NCBI RefSeq assembly: GCF_001194135.2
Contig: NC_069002.1
Span: 36,600,433 to 36,654,544, forward strand
Direction of reading: 5' to 3'
From: Octopus bimaculoides
Lineage: Eukaryota
DNA length: 54,112 bases
Shown: piece after piece, positions 48,590-54,112 of the stretch
Position numbering within the stretch: position 1 is the first letter of the stretch
Layout of the letters: each line of letters opens with the position of its first letter
Notes under the pieces: model-generated
Told to the model about the DNA's origin: nothing
Databases searched by the model: none
What the model saw: only the letters and a program-made list of their open reading frames with translations
Translations under genes and position numbers: made by a program

Positions 48590-48740
48590 AGTATTCAATC
48601 GACCCCAGTACTTGACTTATATTGTAGCTTATTGACTCTAAAAACAAGATTTAAACTCGGTTCACAAAAGGACAAAAGTTGTAATTAACTACTTCCTGGC
48701 GTTTTGGTCGATTCTATAATTTACCGACCCTGCCAATTCA
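48590..48740 (-). mobile_element. Degenerate SINE family B
   Basis: ATCGACCCCAGTACTTGACT...ATTTAAACTC...GTCGATTCT are residual blocks. Confidence 0.5.
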
Positions 48741-49008
48741 CGCAAACTCTTTGACAAAAAAAGACATGTAGCATATGGTAGTGTGATCGATTTAAGCTGG
48801 TAGGGGTTTTATTTTTGATAAAGATGATGAATGTAATGTTAATAAAATCTAGCTCAGTAAGTCTGCAGTTCAAAAGAGGAAAATGAAAAATAATACTCGT
48901 AAATGTATAAATCATAAGTTCTCAATTATACTATTTCCCTCTTTTATTTATCTTTTATTTTATTTTTCTCGTTATTAATTTAATTTTATTTTATTTTTCA
49001 TGAATCAG

Positions 49009-50501
49009 ATTCGAGTGGTAAACCAACATATTGGCAGGAGCATGAGTATTTGAAAACTCTGAATGTGGCTGAACTTAGTGAAAGAGAAGACGAATTCTGG
49101 CGTGAGCTTATCCAAAAATACCTTTTTCCCATTGAGGAAGATGCAAAGAAAAAGAAAGAAATGGAAGCAAAATTACTCGAGCTTCGCAACAACGTTTGTT
49201 TGGCATTCTTCATAATAAATGCCTTATTTGTAGTGGTTATATATGCCATCGAATATAATGTTCAGACGAGCAAGAGTATCGGTTTACAAATTTACTGTTC
49301 TGACATGGAAAAAACCAAAATCGTAAATGTCATTTCGCTTGTCTTTTCAGCCGTATTTGGTGTAACATTGGTAATTCAACTGATCGCGATGCTATTTCAT
49401 CGATGTGGTACATTCTTACATATTTTATCAACTATCGATTTGTCTTTGAAGCCGATCAATAAAGAAATTATCGAAGAATGTCGTCAGAGTCTACTTTCAA
49501 CGAGTAAAGGCGACAATTACAGCGATGCAACAACCGATACTGTGGGTAGCACTAATTACGAAAAGAAAAAGAATCGGCGTGAAACAAAGAAAATATACAA
49601 GTCAAAGGCTCCACCCCTGTACAAAGATCTTCCCTCGAAGGCCGAGAATACGTTAGTTCATGTGGTGGATGATTATGTAAATCAGAACGATACGACGCAC
49701 TTATTTTCGATCAACAAACCAAAAATGAATTGGATGCCACTACTTGATAATGAGGATATACAAAAAGAAGTTTTCGAAAAAACAGACGAGATCAAACAGA
49801 GATGGCGAACTCTCATCGATAGAGCAACCACGTGTGATCTGACGACTGTTAAAGGAGTTACGAAAGCATTAATGGAAATGAGAAACCAGAGTAACACAAA
49901 ATCGAACAAAGATGAGCAGGAAGATTCCATTTGTATTACTGGAAGTAAGAACGACGTTTCATCATCTCCAAAGTTAAGGAATAAATTGCCAAGTATTCAA
50001 TTTGAAAATTATAATTCAACCTTCGAAACAGATGCAATTGTTCATTCAAGTAACAAAGTCAAAATACCAGGAAAGGATACATCAAGCTCTGATGAAGATT
50101 TTGAGGTCAGATCGAAGGGAAAGAATAAGTTGCTGAGATATACATCTGATCGAAACTTACGGAGAAATACAAATTTAAAGTCCAAACAGAATCCACTTAA
50201 AAGGGCAGCATCATTACTCATTTCATCAAAAAACCGGACCCCAACAACGAAGTCTGTGCCAAATGCACTAACATCAACCACAACACTGACGACGGCGATG
50301 GGAAGTATGTTGACGGTAACTTCAGCGGCTGCGAATGCAGAGTATGAAAACAACGTTGGCGCGAAAATGGCTTCGCCTGGAGACAATGTGAACGCAGTTC
50401 CGCAGAAAACGTGGAATGACGATTCAATTTCGATGATGACCAATTCGACTGACGAAGAAACATTGTCTGATAATTCAGATAGATATGAGACACAATTTTA
50501 A
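49009..50501 (+). CDS. chs: Chitin synthase copy B terminal exon
   Basis: Acceptor GAATCAG, phase 1. Reads YWQEHEYL...LSEREDEFWRELIQKYLFPI...LLELRNNVCLAFFIINALF...LVIQLIAMLFHRCGTFLHILS, then a long tail. Stop at 50499-50501. Confidence 0.95.
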
Positions 50502-51264
50502 TCTCATATCTGCACAGTATATATATATATATATATACACACACGCATAAGACACACGCATACATACATACATACATACACCGCGCCTATGCTCTACGCA
50601 GTATTACAATAACCACCATACCCTAGAGCAGGCTAGCGCGCGGAGTTTCGAGCCGTATTATACATTAGTAAGAAATCCAAAAAAAATGTGATTAGTGTTT
50701 TTAAGCTTTATGTAACATAAGCGCATTTCCCTAAGACGATTGTCGTTATTACATGAGCCGATTGGTTGCTACGCAATCCGATTGGCGCGCTTCCTCGGGA
50801 TTATCAGCGAAAATCACAGCACAATACGTTTGTTGCACGCCTTTACTTACCCGGTTATGCACGTTATGGGTAAGCTAGTTGGTGAAGTAGAAAAGAAAGC
50901 GATAGAAGGTGAGATAATAGAAAGGTACCAAGACAGACGGCCTTGAAGAGAAGAGAGAAAGGCAGAGATAGATATACCTACACACGCATACATTCAGGCG
51001 AAACCAACGTGCACCCAGACATACGCACACACATACAAGTCTATACACTTTGGAAGGAATACGAAAAGAAAATATGAAGGCCTTGTGTCGATGTAGTAGT
51101 AATAACCGACATGACAATAACTACGACATCATTCACTAGTTTATATCAAGGGGAAAAGAAAATTATACGTCCATGTTACCATTTCTATGGTATTTTGGTC
51201 AATCTCCATTCAGTGCAGAGACTTAAGACAGGATTGACGCTATGTAAAGATTATACACTTTTTA

Positions 51265-51289
51265 AAAATTGAATATTTATATACAAACA

Positions 51290-51352
<63 letters not shown>

Positions 51353-51423
51353 ATATATATATACATATACACATTCAAGTATACGTATGCGTGTACATAT
51401 ATATATTACATACCTTGTTTCTG

Positions 51424-51457
<34 letters not shown>

Positions 51458-51512
51458 GTGTGTGTATATATATATATGTATGTATATGTGTATATATATG
51501 TATGTATGTATA

Positions 51513-51569
<57 letters not shown>

Positions 51570-51600
51570 ATATATATATGGGGTGGGGTATGTATGTATA
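51265..51600. repeat. Compound (CA)n/(TA)n/(TATG)n microsatellite
   Basis: Direct inspection. Confidence 0.95.
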
Positions 51601-51779
51601 TATGGTCTAGTAGTGGTCTGCCCTTGAGCAGGTTCTGCGCATGTGAACGCAGTACTCTTCATACGACCTGGGAAGAGCCGTGCCTTCGTTTGCTGCCGTT
51701 GAGTACATTACTGGAACTTCGGCTATCATAACTAGGCTTCAGACGAATGCTGGAGTGGTTTCCTTTTTCGGGCAGGTGA

Positions 51780-51972
51780 GAGTTGAACTCAGAATGCAGA
51801 GAACCGGAAGATATACCATAAAGTATTTCTGCCGACGCGCCAACGATTCTGCCATCCCCCCACCCACAGAGCAACGTGAAATGAAGTGTTTTGCTCAAGA
51901 ACACAACAGACCACCCGGTCCGGGAATCGAACTCACCATCTAAAGATCGAGAATGCAACGCTCTAACCACTT
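51780..51972 (-). mobile_element. tRNA-derived SINE head followed by a family B-like fragment (nested or chimeric)
   Basis: The minus strand reads AGTGGTTAGAGCGTTGCATTCTCG...GTTCGATTCCCGGACC...TTGAGCAAAACACTT, then GGCAGAATCGTTGGCGCG...CTGAGTTCAA. Confidence 0.7.
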
Positions 51973-52559
51973 GTGTGAGGGTGCGCATATATGTGTAGAG
52001 GGTTGTGTCCATTATTTCTTTTACTAAAACACTTTTTGACTATGGTAATACTTATCAGCATCTCAAATGCAGTTAGTTAAACTGTGTTACATTTATAATA
52101 TATCTTAGTGTTTATATTCTATTTCTTTTTTAAGAAATCATTTCACTTTAATTTGTTATATTTGGCACATATATAAATATGATTTTGCTCTCTAAACGTA
52201 TTTGCCTTATTTCATTTTTTTTTTTTTTTTTTNNNNNNNNNNTTTTTTTTTTTTTTTTCTTCCTCATTTTCAAACAGCGTTACAGATAACGTAACAAAAA
52301 TCAAGACCAGGGGCTCCCAGCCTTTTTGCGTCTTTGCCTACTTTCACATAGAAAAATTTTCCACTGCCAACATGCATAGTAAATATCGAAAAGCAAAACG
52401 TTAACATTTTTTTAACTCTTACAAAACAATAAAAAGTGAATAATTTTTACATTACAAGATTCTTTATTGAAATTAATGTTAAAAGTAGTAACATCAAATA
52501 TTTTGGCACGCACATACCATTTTTATGTATCATAAATGCGACCGTTGTGTCTCATGCGA

Positions 52560-53160
52560 CGCAGCATTGAGTCTAAAAGTAATCATCTTTAACCGAAAGT
52601 CACATCGCTTGATTATATCTTGACACGATCAAGGAGATCTTGCGCAACTGAAGCCCAAGTGTCTTCTTGGACAGCTGAAAACAGTTTTGGCACAAACTTG
52701 GCAGACACGTGTCTCATACTCAAATCTTCAGTGCTAATGGATTGAATTGAACCGTAACTAATCTTCACATCCTCTGATAACTCACGTATGTGGATTCGAC
52801 GATTTCTCCTCACAGCTGCATGCACATCTGAGATATTTTTCTCAGTTCTGCTGATTGCAGGTCTCCCAGAACTTTCGTCAATATCGACATTTTTTCGGTC
52901 ATCTTGGAAACGTCTGAACTACTCGTACACTTTTGTACGGCTCGTTCACTCCTCTCCATATACTTTCTGCAAATTTGCGCAGGACTCTGAGCAGATATTG
53001 CCATGACCACTCTCTCTGTCATGGTCAATACGATGATCATACGCTACACACCTTCCTACCAAGCATTGCTGTAAACAGCGGAATTGAGCTAGAACGTTAA
53101 AAATTAGAGCGTATGCACAGCAGAGTTCAAGGTCAATCTTCGCCAAGCGGCTTCAACCTG
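52560..53160 (-). mobile_element. Mariner transposase relic (N-terminal HTH region)
   Basis: KVYGEE...SRTKVYE...SGRPAIS...RRIHIRELSEDVKISYGSIQSI...MRHVSAKFVPKL contains the mariner WVPxxL-equivalent motif FVPKL. In-frame stops are present. Confidence 0.85.
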
Positions 53161-53649
53161 CGTGCTTTTTGGCTTTGTTATTATGATAATAGTCCGGATA
53201 CTTATTGATCATACCTTGTATATATGTCATTATTCAGTTTTGTTTCAAGATTTCTTGTCAATAGAAAAACAGCCGGTTTCTAACCCAGATCCAAGGCTCC
53301 TTCATTGGAATTTCAACATCAACAACAGGGTACTTTTGTATGTATGTATGTATGTATGGATGGGTGGATGGATGTGCAATGGTAAAATAAATTTTGCTCA
53401 TCATATACTTTCTCTCTATATCTATAATTTACACACTCCTAATATTTTTCTACTGTATCAGAATATACATTCAATGTGAATCGTAGCCTGCTATATCGAG
53501 GGGCATATTTTTATGAGTACTAACAGAATAGTTAAATCCATATAATGTGAATTAAATTTATATACAAGTGCGAGTGTGTGTGTGCGTGTGTACACATATA
53601 AGTATATATAAAGTGTATATATAAATAGATAGATAGGTAGAAAGATAGA

Positions 53650-53690
<41 letters not shown>

Positions 53691-53849
53691 ACATATGTAT
53701 ATATATAAATGTATATATGTATCTATTTATTTATGGGTTTCAGCCAAGTGGCTGTGGTCATGCTGGAGCACCACCGTGATTTTTTGTCTTTATGCTTTGC
53801 TCTCTTCACGTTCCTTGCATGGCTCTTCTCCTGCACCTGATATGGTCCA

Positions 53850-54112
53850 ATCAAGAGTTTTGATGGCACATCTGGTGTATAAGAGAATTTGACATCGCTG
53901 CCCTAAACTGCGTCTCATTACGAGCTATTGGTTCGTCTGGTATCGTGGAGAGGAAAGCATCGAGTTTTGTCATGAAGACCTCCACATCCGTGTCTTGCAG
54001 GTCTCTCAAATGTTTTGGCAAGGCATTGCAGAGCTGAGATCCTCTGAAACCGAGGCTGCTGCAGTATCTCTCCATGAAATTCAATTGAATTCAGTTGTTG
54101 TCTTAAATTCAT
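53850..54112 (-). mobile_element. CR1-clade LINE ORF2 C-terminus
   Basis: SLGFRGSQLCNALPKHLRDL...VEVFMTKLDAFLSTIPDEP is a typical CR1 ORF2 tail. Confidence 0.75.

Noticed and set aside
51375-51731. ORFs rich in YI/CV/HT dipeptides here and at many other sites
   Set aside because: They are translations of dinucleotide and tetranucleotide microsatellites.

Overview
This is eukaryotic, AT-rich, microsatellite-dense genomic DNA with scaffold gaps. The repeat families look like octopus or another coleoid cephalopod, which is an inference from recalled SINE sequences and was not database-checked. The window holds two tandem, same-strand, strongly diverged chitin synthase (GT2 family) paralogues. 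Copy A is only its last two exons (~1736-2366 and 4483-5672), and the 5' part of its penultimate exon appears frameshifted. Copy B is nearly complete: 12 phase-consistent coding exons from 31554 to 50501 encode ~1656 aa with intact CATMWHET, DGD, GEDRW and QRRRW motifs and a WGTRD variant. Copy B also has a GC-AG intron and an unresolved first exon. The ~25 kb between the copies and the introns are filled with decayed mobile elements: several tRNA-derived SINE families, CR1, R4/Dong and L1/Tx1 LINE fragments (including an apparent ORF1-only element), MULE, mariner, and hAT/Tc1-type MITEs. No CRISPR array, rRNA or genuine tRNA gene is supported. The best leads are the paralogue pair with its local lesion, a near-perfect intronic hairpin beside exon 12, the ORF1-only LINE unit, and a hammerhead-like repeat motif.
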